Below, one piece after another: positions 49,515-59,135 of a DNA stretch of 64,000 nucleotides. Positions within the stretch are counted from its first letter, which is position 1, and each line of letters starts with the position of its first letter. A model generated the notes under the pieces. The model was not told where the DNA came from, did no database searches, and was given only the letters and a program-made list of their open reading frames with translations. Source of the stretch: a bacterium (lineage in GTDB: Bacteria; Electryoneota; Electryoneia; Electryoneales; Electryoneaceae); contig CAXXKJ010000002.1 of NCBI GenBank assembly GCA_963675295.2, forward strand, positions 1,248,001 through 1,312,000, written 5' to 3'. Made by a program: the position numbers and the translations under genes.

Positions 49515-50279
49515 ATGCTCGAGGGTATAAGCGCGGAAACGGGTGTGCTGCAGACTCAGGTTGCACCGGTTGAGGAGCAGCAGGAGAATGCGGTTCGGCA
49601 AAATGCTCCCAAGGGGTGGGGTGTTCCGGATCACGCGAAGGCATGGGGATTCCGTCGGCAGACGGATTCGGTCTCGATTTCGGAGGAAGGCCGCGCGTTG
49701 GTCAATGGTACCGACGACGACCGCGAAAAGCCACCGAAACGTGGCACCGACGGCATTACCACCGACGATGACCGTGAAAAGCCGCCGAAACGGACCGGCG
49801 ACGGCATTGGCGGGTTGGATGACGACCGCGAAAAGCCGCCGAAACGGACCGGTGACGGCATTAGCGGGTTGGATGACGACCGCGAGAAGCCACCGAAACG
49901 GACCGGCGACGGAATTGGCGGGTTGGATGACGACCGCGAGAAGCCACCGAAACGGACCGGCGATGGTGTAGCGGTTGCGGCGGGTGATCCGGCGACAGCC
50001 CCCACGGGTGGCTTGGTCGTGGACGACGATCCGGGTGGCACCGGCGAGGATGATCGCGAGAAGCCGCCGAAACGTCGTGGCGGTGATGGTTTCGGGCATG
50101 GCGGTCCGAACCCGGCGGTGAGCACGATGGAAACCGGTGGCATGGTGCTGGACGATGATCCGGGCGGCACCGGCGAGGATGATCGCGAGAAGCCGCCGAA
50201 ACGCCGTGGTGATGAAGTGATCGATTTCGGGCAGGCGATGATGACCAAGATGGTCAACCAGTATCGCATGTTCGGGTAA
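49515..50279 (+). CDS. Low-complexity repeat protein with 7x DDREKPPKR
   Basis: GAGGAG RBS; in-frame repeats varying at synonymous sites; DSVSISEEGRAL motif; terminator follows. Confidence 0.8.
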   Translation: MLEGISAETGVLQTQVAPVEEQQENAVRQNAPKGWGVPDHAKAWGFRRQTDSVSISEEGRALVNGTDDDREKPPKRGTDGITTDDDREKPPKRTGDGIGGLDDDREKPPKRTGDGISGLDDDREKPPKRTGDGIGGLDDDREKPPKRTGDGVAVAAGDPATAPTGGLVVDDDPGGTGEDDREKPPKRRGGDGFGHGGPNPAVSTMETGGMVLDDDPGGTGEDDREKPPKRRGDEVIDFGQAMMTKMVNQYRMFG

Positions 50280-50300
50280 CCGCGAAGAGCGGGGCGAATC

Positions 50301-50333
50301 AAAAACCCGGGTCCAATCGGATCCGGGTTTTCT
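50301..50333. terminator. Bidirectional terminator
   Basis: AAAAACCCGG...CCGGGTTTT between convergent genes. Confidence 0.75.
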
Positions 50334-50357
50334 CTGCTTCGGACTGTAGCAACTGCA

Positions 50358-52937
50358 TCAGGCCACTTCCTCGGCGGCACCGCTCATTTCCATGGCGGCT
50401 TCACGACCATTGGATGTGACCAGAGCCAGCACCATTGTGCAGTCGTCCTCGAGGTTCGGTTTGCCGTGGAAGCGCAGGACTTCGTTTTCCAGGCTTTCGA
50501 CCAGCGTGCTGCAGCTGTGCTGGTTGTTGTTCGCGAGGAACTCGTAGATGCGGTCCTCGCCGAACTCTTCCCCATTGGCGTTCATTGCTTCCGAGACACC
50601 GTCGGTATAAAAGAACAGGCGGTCACCGTCCCGCAACTCAACCTTGCCGACATCGTAGTCGAATCCCGGCATCACGCCGAGAACGATGCCGCCCTCGTCC
50701 AACGTTTCAACCTCGCCCGTGGAACGGAACACCAGCGGCGGATTGTGGCCGGCGTTGATGTAGGTGAAGGCGGACGTGGTCGGGTCAAACATTCCAGTGA
50801 CGAAGGTGATGTACTCCTCGACCGGAGTGTTCTGGCAGATGATATCGTTGATGCTGGCGACCAATGCTGCAAGGTCGGCGTTCACTTTCACCAGCGCCCG
50901 CAGGCTCGCCTGCAGGTTGGCCATGATCAACGCTGCACCCGCGCCCTTGCCGGACACATCTCCGAGCGCGATCACGGTGCGGTTGTCCGGCAGCGCGATC
51001 ACGTCAAAGTAGTCGCCCGCCACCTCAAGGCTGAAGCGACTGCGTGCGCCGATGTCGAGGCCCGGTGTGTCGGGAATGTTCTGCGGCAGGAAGCCTTCCT
51101 GGATGCTGCGGGCGAGCTTGAGTTCTTCCTCCAGCCGTTTCTTCTCGAGATTGTCTTCGAGCAGCCGCAGGTTGTCCGCGCTCAGTGCGACCTGTTGCAT
51201 CATCGAATGCAGGCTCTGGACGATTTCCGGCGTGTAGTCCTGTCCCCGTGTCGAGCGTCCGAGTGCGACAAATCCGGCCAGCCGTCCGCGCACAAACATT
51301 GGCAGCAGCAGGTTGACCTGGTTCTGGCTGATCCAGCGGATCTGGCCGTCGGTGAACGGAATCCGCATACTCGCCATCGCTTCGTCGAGCAGGATCGGAC
51401 GGCGGTCGCCTTCCAGTCGTTTGATCAGGTCATCGTTCATCGTGAACGGGCTGATCTCGCCCTGGAACACGGTGAAGTGATTTTCCAGGGTACGGATGAC
51501 CGGCAGCACGCGTTCCACGCCGACCGCATGCCGCAGCCGTGAGCTGATCTGCTTCCACAGCATGGCGCGATCGGGGAACGACGACAGCCGTTCGGTGAGA
51601 TCCTCGAGCATCGCGTTCAGCTGGTACCGTGCGGGATAGAATTGGCGTTCGATAATCTCGGTCAGTTTCCGCTGGGCCGGGTGAACCGCGAGGGTCAGAA
51701 CCATCGCGATCAGGATCGTCGGGGTGCGGCTTTCCATCTGCAAATTGCCAATCAGCAGGTCGCCGGCGAAGTAGACGATGGTGAAGAAGGACGCCAGCAC
51801 GCCGGCGGTAATCAGGAAGTGACGGGTGCCGCGACGCAGCTTTGCCTCGACATCCAGCAGACCGTAGCGTGTGATCGCGTACAGGATGGTGATCGGCATT
51901 GCCAGCAGGCAGAGCATCACCACATTCAGCATCAGCAGCGCGCCTTCAAGGCCCATCTCGTTGAGGTAGTTCGGGAACGGCAGCGAGATCAGCAGCATCA
52001 TCAGCAGCGGCGAGAAGGCAATCGCCGCGCCGTACAGCACCAGCTTCGTCTGACGTTTCTCGAGGGCGCTTTTCGCACGGCTGTAGTGAATCGAGAGCAA
52101 CGTGAATCCGACCGCCATCTGGAGGCCTAGGTTGACCGAAGCGAACGTATCGGTGAAACCCGCGTTCATCCGGTCAACGACAAACACCAGGATTGGGGTG
52201 ACGTAACAAATGAGATACCCGAGCCATGGCGTCCGCTCCATGATCTTCGACTTGTGCGGGAACAGCAGGTTCAAATTGATCCAGAACGCACCGATGAACA
52301 CGGTGAAGAAGCTGAGCGAGTCGACAATCCACGGCGGAGCGTTAACCCAGACGTTGATGTAATAGTCGTTCAGGTAGCTGATCGCGAACAGGGCGAAGGA
52401 GGCCATACCGAAGGTGAACAGCACCAGCGCCCGTGCCCCGGCGGCGGCATATTGCCGGCTCAGGGCGATGAATCCGATCACGAGGAAGGTGTAGCCGATC
52501 AGGAAGCGCAGCACATGCATGCCGAGCATCATGTAGAACTGGCCGCGCGGAACAGGGCTGGTGATCATCTCGGCATCGTAACTCTGACCATTGTGCTGAT
52601 AGGTCATCGTCAACGAATAGCCGATCGGTTTTGCAAAGGAGATCAGCGAATCGCGTAGCGCGATGGTCGCGGGACTGGCATTGATCGCGAGCAGCGTGTC
52701 GCCGTCTGAGGGAATCCGGCCTTCGGCGAAGTCTGCGGCTTCAACGTCCCGGAAGACGAGCACGCTGTCTTCACCGGAAACGGGAATGTTGGTATCGTAT
52801 TCGCCCGCCCGCCCCCAGTTCGCCACCTTGCTGCTGTCGCGGACCAGAGAGACGAACATCCCGACGCTCATCCAGACACCGATGATGATCAGCAGCGTGA
52901 GGTATATTCGTGTTTTCACCGAAGGTCGATCGTTCAT
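50358..52937 (-). CDS. Membrane sensor PP2C/SpoIIE (RsbU-like) phosphatase with PDZ-like and GAF domains
   Basis: Many TM helices; ARSIQEGFLP, GDYFD, GDVSGKG, NAGHNPP, YTDGVSE, EDDCT. Confidence 0.9.
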   Translation of the reverse strand: MNDRPSVKTRIYLTLLIIIGVWMSVGMFVSLVRDSSKVANWGRAGEYDTNIPVSGEDSVLVFRDVEAADFAEGRIPSDGDTLLAINASPATIALRDSLISFAKPIGYSLTMTYQHNGQSYDAEMITSPVPRGQFYMMLGMHVLRFLIGYTFLVIGFIALSRQYAAAGARALVLFTFGMASFALFAISYLNDYYINVWVNAPPWIVDSLSFFTVFIGAFWINLNLLFPHKSKIMERTPWLGYLICYVTPILVFVVDRMNAGFTDTFASVNLGLQMAVGFTLLSIHYSRAKSALEKRQTKLVLYGAAIAFSPLLMMLLISLPFPNYLNEMGLEGALLMLNVVMLCLLAMPITILYAITRYGLLDVEAKLRRGTRHFLITAGVLASFFTIVYFAGDLLIGNLQMESRTPTILIAMVLTLAVHPAQRKLTEIIERQFYPARYQLNAMLEDLTERLSSFPDRAMLWKQISSRLRHAVGVERVLPVIRTLENHFTVFQGEISPFTMNDDLIKRLEGDRRPILLDEAMASMRIPFTDGQIRWISQNQVNLLLPMFVRGRLAGFVALGRSTRGQDYTPEIVQSLHSMMQQVALSADNLRLLEDNLEKKRLEEELKLARSIQEGFLPQNIPDTPGLDIGARSRFSLEVAGDYFDVIALPDNRTVIALGDVSGKGAGAALIMANLQASLRALVKVNADLAALVASINDIICQNTPVEEYITFVTGMFDPTTSAFTYINAGHNPPLVFRSTGEVETLDEGGIVLGVMPGFDYDVGKVELRDGDRLFFYTDGVSEAMNANGEEFGEDRIYEFLANNNQHSCSTLVESLENEVLRFHGKPNLEDDCTMVLALVTSNGREAAMEMSGAAEEVA

Positions 52938-52980
52938 GGGCGTTCACCGCTGCGGCGATCCTTCGCCAGTTCACTCGGCC

Positions 52981-53628
52981 TTATGCGATGCCGTGTTCTT
53001 CCTTGTATGCCAGCCAGTTCTTTTTCAGCTCAAGAAACTCGTCGAAAGTACTCCGCAACAGAAATGGATTGGTTTCTTTCTCATGCCCGATGGTTGAATG
53101 CGGCTTGACGCCGACATCATGCCCGGGAAAGACTCGGGTGTCGTCCGGCAGACGCATCAACTTATCCCGCAGCGACTGGAATTCCGCTCTGGCTTCGGTG
53201 TCGAATTCTGTGCCGCCGATCTTACCGACGAACAGCGTGTCGCCGGTGAACAACGCATCCCCGATCAGGAAGCACACGGAATCCTCGGTGTGGCCGGGGG
53301 TGTGAATCACCTTAACACCGAGTCTGCCCAGCGGCAACTCACCTCCGTCCACGAGCTGCACGCCACTGTCCTGATCGGTCATCTTGTAGCCGAGCGCACC
53401 ACGTCCGCATAGCTGCTGCATCTCGTCATTACCGTTGGTGTGGTCGCTGTGGCTGTGCGTGTTCAACACATACCGGATCTGCACTCCGAGTTCGAGCGCA
53501 CGGTTGTAAACCACCTTCGGCGCATAGCTGGGATCGATCACCGCGGCAAGGTGCGAGGATGGGTCAGCGGCGATGTACGCAAAGTTCCGGTCTCCGCCGG
53601 TTTTAATCTGTTCAACAATCATGGGCAT
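52981..53628 (-). CDS. MBL-fold metallo-hydrolase (glyoxalase II-like)
   Basis: THSHSDH, HTPGHT, FTGDTLF, PGHD. Confidence 0.92.
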   Translation of the reverse strand: MPMIVEQIKTGGDRNFAYIAADPSSHLAAVIDPSYAPKVVYNRALELGVQIRYVLNTHSHSDHTNGNDEMQQLCGRGALGYKMTDQDSGVQLVDGGELPLGRLGVKVIHTPGHTEDSVCFLIGDALFTGDTLFVGKIGGTEFDTEARAEFQSLRDKLMRLPDDTRVFPGHDVGVKPHSTIGHEKETNPFLLRSTFDEFLELKKNWLAYKEEHGIA

Positions 53629-53855
53629 GGGATCTGTTCATGTGACAAATGGAATTCTGAAAAGTAACACCGTTTGCGGCCTGTTTTCAGCACTGGAATG
53701 TATTTATCTGAAAATGTGTTCCCGCACCACGCCGGTCCAGATGGTGAGGTGGGAACCCGGAGCGCTCCACCGGGTATTCCAACTGTACACATTCGGCATC
53801 AGCTTTGCCCCAAGTTCTGCACTGTATCCAACTCAACCAGTGGTGACGTTTCATC

Positions 53856-54536
53856 ATGCCGATAGATCCGATTGTCCGACTGACGAAGTTGCGCAAGGAA
53901 TACCGTGGCGGTGGCGGGGTTGTTGTCGCGGTGAACAACCTCACGCTTGACTTGTCCCCGGGAATGACAGTGCTCACCGGCCCATCCGGCTGCGGTAAAT
54001 CCACGCTGATCAACCTCGTTGGCGCGTTCGACCGGCCCACCTCCGGCACCATCGATGTCGCTGGAACCCGTGTCGACACGCTCGAGAACAGCAAGCTGGA
54101 CCAGTACCGCCGCACCACGGTCGGCATCGTCTTCCAGTTTTTTCACCTGATGCCGGCGTTGACCGTGCTGGAGAATGCGGCGTTGCCCGGCGAACTTGCG
54201 GGGATGAGCACGAAGCAGGCGCAGGATCGCGCGCGTGAGCTGCTCGACAAGGTCGGGATGGTGCATCGTGTCGATCACCGTCCGCACGAATTGTCCGGCG
54301 GCGAGATCCAACGCACCGCCATCGCCCGCGCCCTGGTCAACCATCCGAAGCTGGTGCTTGCGGACGAACCCACCGGCAACCTCGACAGCACCGCCTCCGA
54401 ACGGGTGATGAACCTGTTCGCCACGATCACCGCCGAAGAGGGCGCGAGCGCATTGGTCGCAACGCACGACCCCGACGTGGTCACCCGCGCCGACCGCATC
54501 ATTCAACTCCGTGACGGCCAGGTGGTGAGCGGATGA
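53856..54536 (+). CDS. ABC transporter ATP-binding protein (LolD/MacB-like)
   Basis: GPSGCGKS, LSGGE, LADEPTGNLD. Confidence 0.95.
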   Translation: MPIDPIVRLTKLRKEYRGGGGVVVAVNNLTLDLSPGMTVLTGPSGCGKSTLINLVGAFDRPTSGTIDVAGTRVDTLENSKLDQYRRTTVGIVFQFFHLMPALTVLENAALPGELAGMSTKQAQDRARELLDKVGMVHRVDHRPHELSGGEIQRTAIARALVNHPKLVLADEPTGNLDSTASERVMNLFATITAEEGASALVATHDPDVVTRADRIIQLRDGQVVSG

Positions 54537-57097
54537 CGTTGACGACTCGCATCGTCCTTCGCGGCTGGTCGACCCGACCGCTGCGCACCGCGCTCGCGAT
54601 CCTGGGGGTTGCGGTCGGGGTTTCCGTGCTGCTCGCGATCCGGCTGGCGAATTATTCCGCGGTTGAAGCGTTTGGCCGTACGCTGGAGATGGTATCCGGG
54701 CGTGCGGACGCCGAGATCTTCGCGGACGGCGAGGGCTGGCTCGACGCGGATCTGTTTGCCCCGTTGACCCGCATGTCTCAGGTCCAGTCCGCCGCGCCAG
54801 TGTTCATCCTCGATGGCCGTGACGAATCCAGCGAACGCCGTGTCCGGCTGCTCGGTGTCGATCTCGCCACCGACGCCGAGATGCGGCCGTGGTACCGCGC
54901 TGAGATGGATGAAACCATGGACGCGCTGTCGTTGTTCGTGCATCCGCGCGGCGTGTTGATGACGCCGATGCTGGCAGATGAACTGCAGCTCGAGTCCGGC
55001 GATTGGTTCGGGTTTCGGCATGACGGCGTCATTGATTCGATTCAGGTGATCGGTCTGCTCGAGGGGGAAGACGTCGCCAAGGCGCAGACGCGGGACGTGA
55101 TGGTGATGGATCTGCCACGAGCGTGGCAACTGTCCGGCACGCCGGGACGGCTGCATCGCATTGACGTCATCTTCCGCGAAGGGGTTGACCGTGACGCAGC
55201 GATTCTCGCGTTGCGTCAATGGCTTGGCGACGGGGTCCGTGTCGAACTGTCCGGCTGGAGGCGTCCGCAGGCGCAGAAGCTGCTCGCCTCGTTCCAGCTC
55301 AACTTGACCGCGCTGGCATTTGTCGCGCTGCTGGTCGCGGGTTTCCTCGTCTTTCAAACCGTCAACACCACCGCCGTCGAACGCCGTAAAAATGCCGGTT
55401 TGATCCGTTCGCTGGGCGGATCGGCGGGTTTTGTCCGCCGGATCTTCCTCGTCGAAGGGCTGGGCATCGGGTTGATTGGTTCGACGCTCGGCGTCGGGCT
55501 CGGCATGTTGCTCGCACGAGGAGCGGTGATCGCGGTGTCGCAGACTGTTGAGTCGGTCTACCTGCTTGAGACAACGGCGGCGTTGTACATCAACTGGGAG
55601 GCGGTGTTCACCAGCTTCCTGCTTGGCGTGGTGGTGTCGCTGCTGTCAGTGGGGCCGGTGGCGCTGGAAGCGTCGCATGTTCCTCCGCGTGAATCCATGA
55701 GCCGGCAGGTGCTGGAACAGCGCATCCGTGTCGGCCTGTTTGCGTTTACCGGACTGGCGCTGCTGCTGATCGGGCTGTACCTGCTGTGGAAACCTTGGAC
55801 CGAACATCCGATCGTCTCCGGCTACACCTCGGCGGCGTTGTTCATTCTCGCGGGTGCGTTGACGACGCCGTGGGGGCTGGGTGTCGCGCATGCCATCCTG
55901 ACCCGTCTGCTCGGACGCCGGCTCGGCTCGTTCGGACGCCTGGCGCTGGGAGTGTTGAAACGGTCGCGGCATCGTGTCGCTCCGGCGGTCGCTGCACTGG
56001 CGACGGCGGTCGCGATGTGGCTCAGCATCGACATGATGGTCGGCTCGTTCCGAAACACGGTCGAAACCTGGGTCACAAACACCGTCACCGCTGATCTGAT
56101 CGTCACCACCGGAACGTACTTCGGTGTTGGCAAACCGGAATTGATTCCGATGGAAGCGTTCGACCGGCTGGTCGGCGCGGAGGGAATCGCGGACGTTGAC
56201 CACTTCCGCAGCGTACGGGTGCCGATTGACGGCCTGCCGACCGTGGTCGCGATGGTCGATATGGAATCGGTGCGCAAGCAGAAACGGTTGAGCTGGCTGG
56301 ACCGTGGGACGATCCGTGGTTCACCCGCCGATCCGCTCGTCGCGGGCGAAAACCAGGTGTTCATCAGTGAACCGCTCGCGTTTCGAACCGGCTGGGGAGT
56401 CGGCGACTCGCTGGACATCCCGACACCGTCCGGCACCGAACGCATGCGCATCCGGGCGATCTATTACGATTACGCCAGCGACACCGGTATGATCCTCGTC
56501 CACCGTCCGTGGTTTGTTGAGCATTGGGGCGATGACCGGCTCGAGTCAATTGCGGTTTACCTGCCGGACGGAATGTCGCTTGCCGAGGGACGGGAGCATG
56601 TCAACGCCGCGCTCGGGGACGATTTCGAGGTCAGCGTCTTCTCCAACCGTGACCTGCGGGATTCGGTGTTGCAGGTGTTCGACAACACGTTCGCGATCAC
56701 GTATGCCCTCCGCGCGGTGGCGATTCTCGTCTCGCTACTCGCGGTCTGGGGCGGTATGATGGCGCTGGTGGTCGAACGCCGGCGTGAGCTGGCGATTCTG
56801 CGCGCGGTCGGCGGCAGTGAAAAGCAGGTGATGGGAAGAATTTACGTCGAGTCTGGCCTGATTGGCACCATTGGTTGGGGGCTGGGTACGGTGCTCGGGA
56901 TTCTGCTCAGCCTGGTGCTGACGTTCGTGGTCAACAAGTACAGCTTCGGCTGGACCTTGGCGCTGCGGATGCCGTGGGGCCAGATCGCGTTGTCGGGCGT
57001 GTTGATGATCGGCGCGGCGTTGCTGGCGGGAGCGTTCCCGGCACGTGACGCCGCCAGGCAGTCCATCGCGCAGGGAGTTCGTGTCGATGCGGAATAG
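54533..57097 (+). CDS. FtsX/MacB-type ABC permease (duplicated architecture)
   Basis: Two TM/periplasmic modules with ERRK and ERRRELAILRAVG motifs; ATGA overlap with the ATPase. Confidence 0.92.
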   Translation: MTLTTRIVLRGWSTRPLRTALAILGVAVGVSVLLAIRLANYSAVEAFGRTLEMVSGRADAEIFADGEGWLDADLFAPLTRMSQVQSAAPVFILDGRDESSERRVRLLGVDLATDAEMRPWYRAEMDETMDALSLFVHPRGVLMTPMLADELQLESGDWFGFRHDGVIDSIQVIGLLEGEDVAKAQTRDVMVMDLPRAWQLSGTPGRLHRIDVIFREGVDRDAAILALRQWLGDGVRVELSGWRRPQAQKLLASFQLNLTALAFVALLVAGFLVFQTVNTTAVERRKNAGLIRSLGGSAGFVRRIFLVEGLGIGLIGSTLGVGLGMLLARGAVIAVSQTVESVYLLETTAALYINWEAVFTSFLLGVVVSLLSVGPVALEASHVPPRESMSRQVLEQRIRVGLFAFTGLALLLIGLYLLWKPWTEHPIVSGYTSAALFILAGALTTPWGLGVAHAILTRLLGRRLGSFGRLALGVLKRSRHRVAPAVAALATAVAMWLSIDMMVGSFRNTVETWVTNTVTADLIVTTGTYFGVGKPELIPMEAFDRLVGAEGIADVDHFRSVRVPIDGLPTVVAMVDMESVRKQKRLSWLDRGTIRGSPADPLVAGENQVFISEPLAFRTGWGVGDSLDIPTPSGTERMRIRAIYYDYASDTGMILVHRPWFVEHWGDDRLESIAVYLPDGMSLAEGREHVNAALGDDFEVSVFSNRDLRDSVLQVFDNTFAITYALRAVAILVSLLAVWGGMMALVVERRRELAILRAVGGSEKQVMGRIYVESGLIGTIGWGLGTVLGILLSLVLTFVVNKYSFGWTLALRMPWGQIALSGVLMIGAALLAGAFPARDAARQSIAQGVRVDAE

Positions 57098-57152
57098 TTG
57101 GCGATGCGGAATAGTTGGCGATGTGGAATTGTTGTCGATGTGGAATTGTCTC
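57085..57152. repeat. 17-bp tandem repeat x4 copying the permease 3' end
   Basis: CGATGCGGAATAGTTGG x2, then two diverging copies. Confidence 0.85.
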
Positions 57153-57157
57153 CGCAA

Positions 57158-57861
57158 GTGCCCGTGTCTGCTTGCAGACGCGGACGCGGTAGAGTAGATG
57201 GTACGTGCCCGTGTCTGCTTGCAGACGCGGACGAGGGGAGGCTGAATGCGTTACTCAAATGAGATGAACTTCAACAAAACCAAACACTATGATGAGATTG
57301 GCCACGCTCATTTCGTGACCTTCTCGTGTCACAAGGAACTACCACTTTTCAAAGATCCGTACCTGTGTGACATGTTCGTGAAGCAGCTTGGGCGAGAGCG
57401 TGAGAAAGGACGATTCAGCCTGTGGGCGTTTGTTGTGATGCCGGAACATGTTCATGTATTGCTGTATCCGCATGCTGAAATGAGTGCCATCCTCCGCGGG
57501 TTGAAACAATCGTTCAGCTTTCACGCTCTGCAGTATCTCGAATCAAATCATCCTGACCTGTATGGTCAGCTACACGTTGCCACAGGAAGACGGGCAAATC
57601 ATCGGTTCTGGATGAAAGGTGGAGGACATGACCGAAACATACAGGATCAGGAAGCGTTGAGGTATTTCATGGAATACATCCATAACAATCCAGTAAAACG
57701 TGGGCTGGTCAATCTGCCGGAAGAGTGGAACTGGTCTAGTGCGAGGTGCTGGGTGACAGGTGAGAACAAGCCACTTCAGACGGATGAAATCCCATGGTGA
57801 AGGTGAAGAACAGGTGTTGGGCACCGTTGTTTCGTCCGCGTCTGCAAGCAGACACGGGCAC
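57158..57861. mobile_element. REPtron: RAYT flanked by REPs
   Basis: GTGCCCGTGTCTGCTTGCAGACGCGGACG at 57158 and 57205, inverted copy at 57833-57861; lower-GC transposase gene between. Confidence 0.88.
57246..57800 (+). CDS. REP-associated tyrosine transposase (Y1 HUH)
   Basis: HFVTFSC, VVMPEHVHVL (HUH), YIHNNPVKRGLV, WNWSS. Confidence 0.92.
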   Translation: MRYSNEMNFNKTKHYDEIGHAHFVTFSCHKELPLFKDPYLCDMFVKQLGREREKGRFSLWAFVVMPEHVHVLLYPHAEMSAILRGLKQSFSFHALQYLESNHPDLYGQLHVATGRRANHRFWMKGGGHDRNIQDQEALRYFMEYIHNNPVKRGLVNLPEEWNWSSARCWVTGENKPLQTDEIPW

Positions 57862-59029
57862 GTTTGCCGCACTCGTTTTAGGGCTATTGCTGATTCTTGG
57901 AGCCCGTTCCATCGCCCAACCACCCGGCGAGGCACCGAACTTTCTCGTCCCGGAACCTGGGTATGAGTGGTCGTTCCCGCGTGATCACGCCAACCATTCC
58001 GAGTATGCCCTCGAGTGGTGGTATTATACCGGCCACCTGTTGCCGGAGGGCGCGGATGCGTCCGTGGACGCCAACTGGATCCACCTGCAGCTGACCTTTT
58101 TCCGTAACGCGATCCCCGCCGCGGGTGCGGGCCAATTGTACTTCGCGCACTTGGCGATCAGCGGGCCGGAGATGCCGTTCGCGTTCGCCGAACACATCGC
58201 GCGCGGCACCTTGGGTGAGGCCGGCAGCGACGAAACGGTGCAGCATGTCTGGCTCGACACATGGCGCGCCAGCCTGATGCCGGACGGTAGCCACCTGCTC
58301 GAAGCTGAAGCGGACGGCGTCGGCGGAATCCGTCTGCTGGCGAAACCGACGCTCGGCCCGGTGTTGAACGGCGACAACGGTTTTTCCCGTAAGGGTCCGG
58401 GCGGCAGCGAGGCGTCCTACTACTACAGCCTGCCACGGATGGAAACCGAGGGGTGGTTTTACCCTCGCGACGGTTCCGCCCCGAAATCCGTTTCCGGCAC
58501 ATTGTGGATGGATCACGAGTTCGGCAACCAGCAGCTCGGCGAAGGCTTGACTGGCTGGGACTGGTGGGGCTTGAAACTGCCCGGTGGGGAAGCGTTGATG
58601 TTGTATCGGATTCGTCGCGGCGCGGACGGGTTCATCTCCGAATCGGAGGGCACGTTCACCGCCGCCGACGGCTCAACGGTACGGATTTCGTTCGCTGAGG
58701 TGAACGTTGAACCCACCGGCGAGTGGACCAGTCCACACACCGGCGTCGTCTATCCGCATGGCTGGACGATAACAATCCCCGAGTTTGTGCATCCAACCAG
58801 CGGCAAGCGTGGATTGACATTGACGGTTACGCCGGTCACAGCCGATCAGGAGTTGCGGACTGATCGCTCGACCCGTGTCACATATTACGAGGGCGCGGTC
58901 AGCGTCAACCGGGACGGTTTCAGTGAACGTACGTTCGGGTTTGTTGAGCTGGTTGGGTATGACACCGAACAGGCGAAGGCGCAGCCGCTTGACCTGCCGG
59001 TCAGCGGTGGTTCGGACGGAGGTGAATGA
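57794..59029 (+). CDS. AttH-like / lipocalin-like (CrtC-related) secreted protein
   Basis: FPRDH, EWWYYTG, SYYYS, WMDHEFG, GWDW, YYEGAV, GFVELVGY; usual partner of this ABC pair. Confidence 0.88.
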   Translation: MVKVKNRCWAPLFRPRLQADTGTFAALVLGLLLILGARSIAQPPGEAPNFLVPEPGYEWSFPRDHANHSEYALEWWYYTGHLLPEGADASVDANWIHLQLTFFRNAIPAAGAGQLYFAHLAISGPEMPFAFAEHIARGTLGEAGSDETVQHVWLDTWRASLMPDGSHLLEAEADGVGGIRLLAKPTLGPVLNGDNGFSRKGPGGSEASYYYSLPRMETEGWFYPRDGSAPKSVSGTLWMDHEFGNQQLGEGLTGWDWWGLKLPGGEALMLYRIRRGADGFISESEGTFTAADGSTVRISFAEVNVEPTGEWTSPHTGVVYPHGWTITIPEFVHPTSGKRGLTLTVTPVTADQELRTDRSTRVTYYEGAVSVNRDGFSERTFGFVELVGYDTEQAKAQPLDLPVSGGSDGGE

Positions 59030-59135
59030 ACATCGTCTCTGGATCTCGCCCGACCGTGGTGAGTCTGGATCAAGGCGGGTCGGGGCGTGGACGGGCAGTA
59101 TATTTGAGCGATTCAGCGACAACGGGGGATAACTG

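Noticed and set aside
49712-50210. Regularly spaced ~30-bp repeats resembling a CRISPR array
   Set aside because: Periods are multiples of 3, variation is synonymous, spacers are near-identical, the region lies in an ORF with RBS, and no cas genes are present
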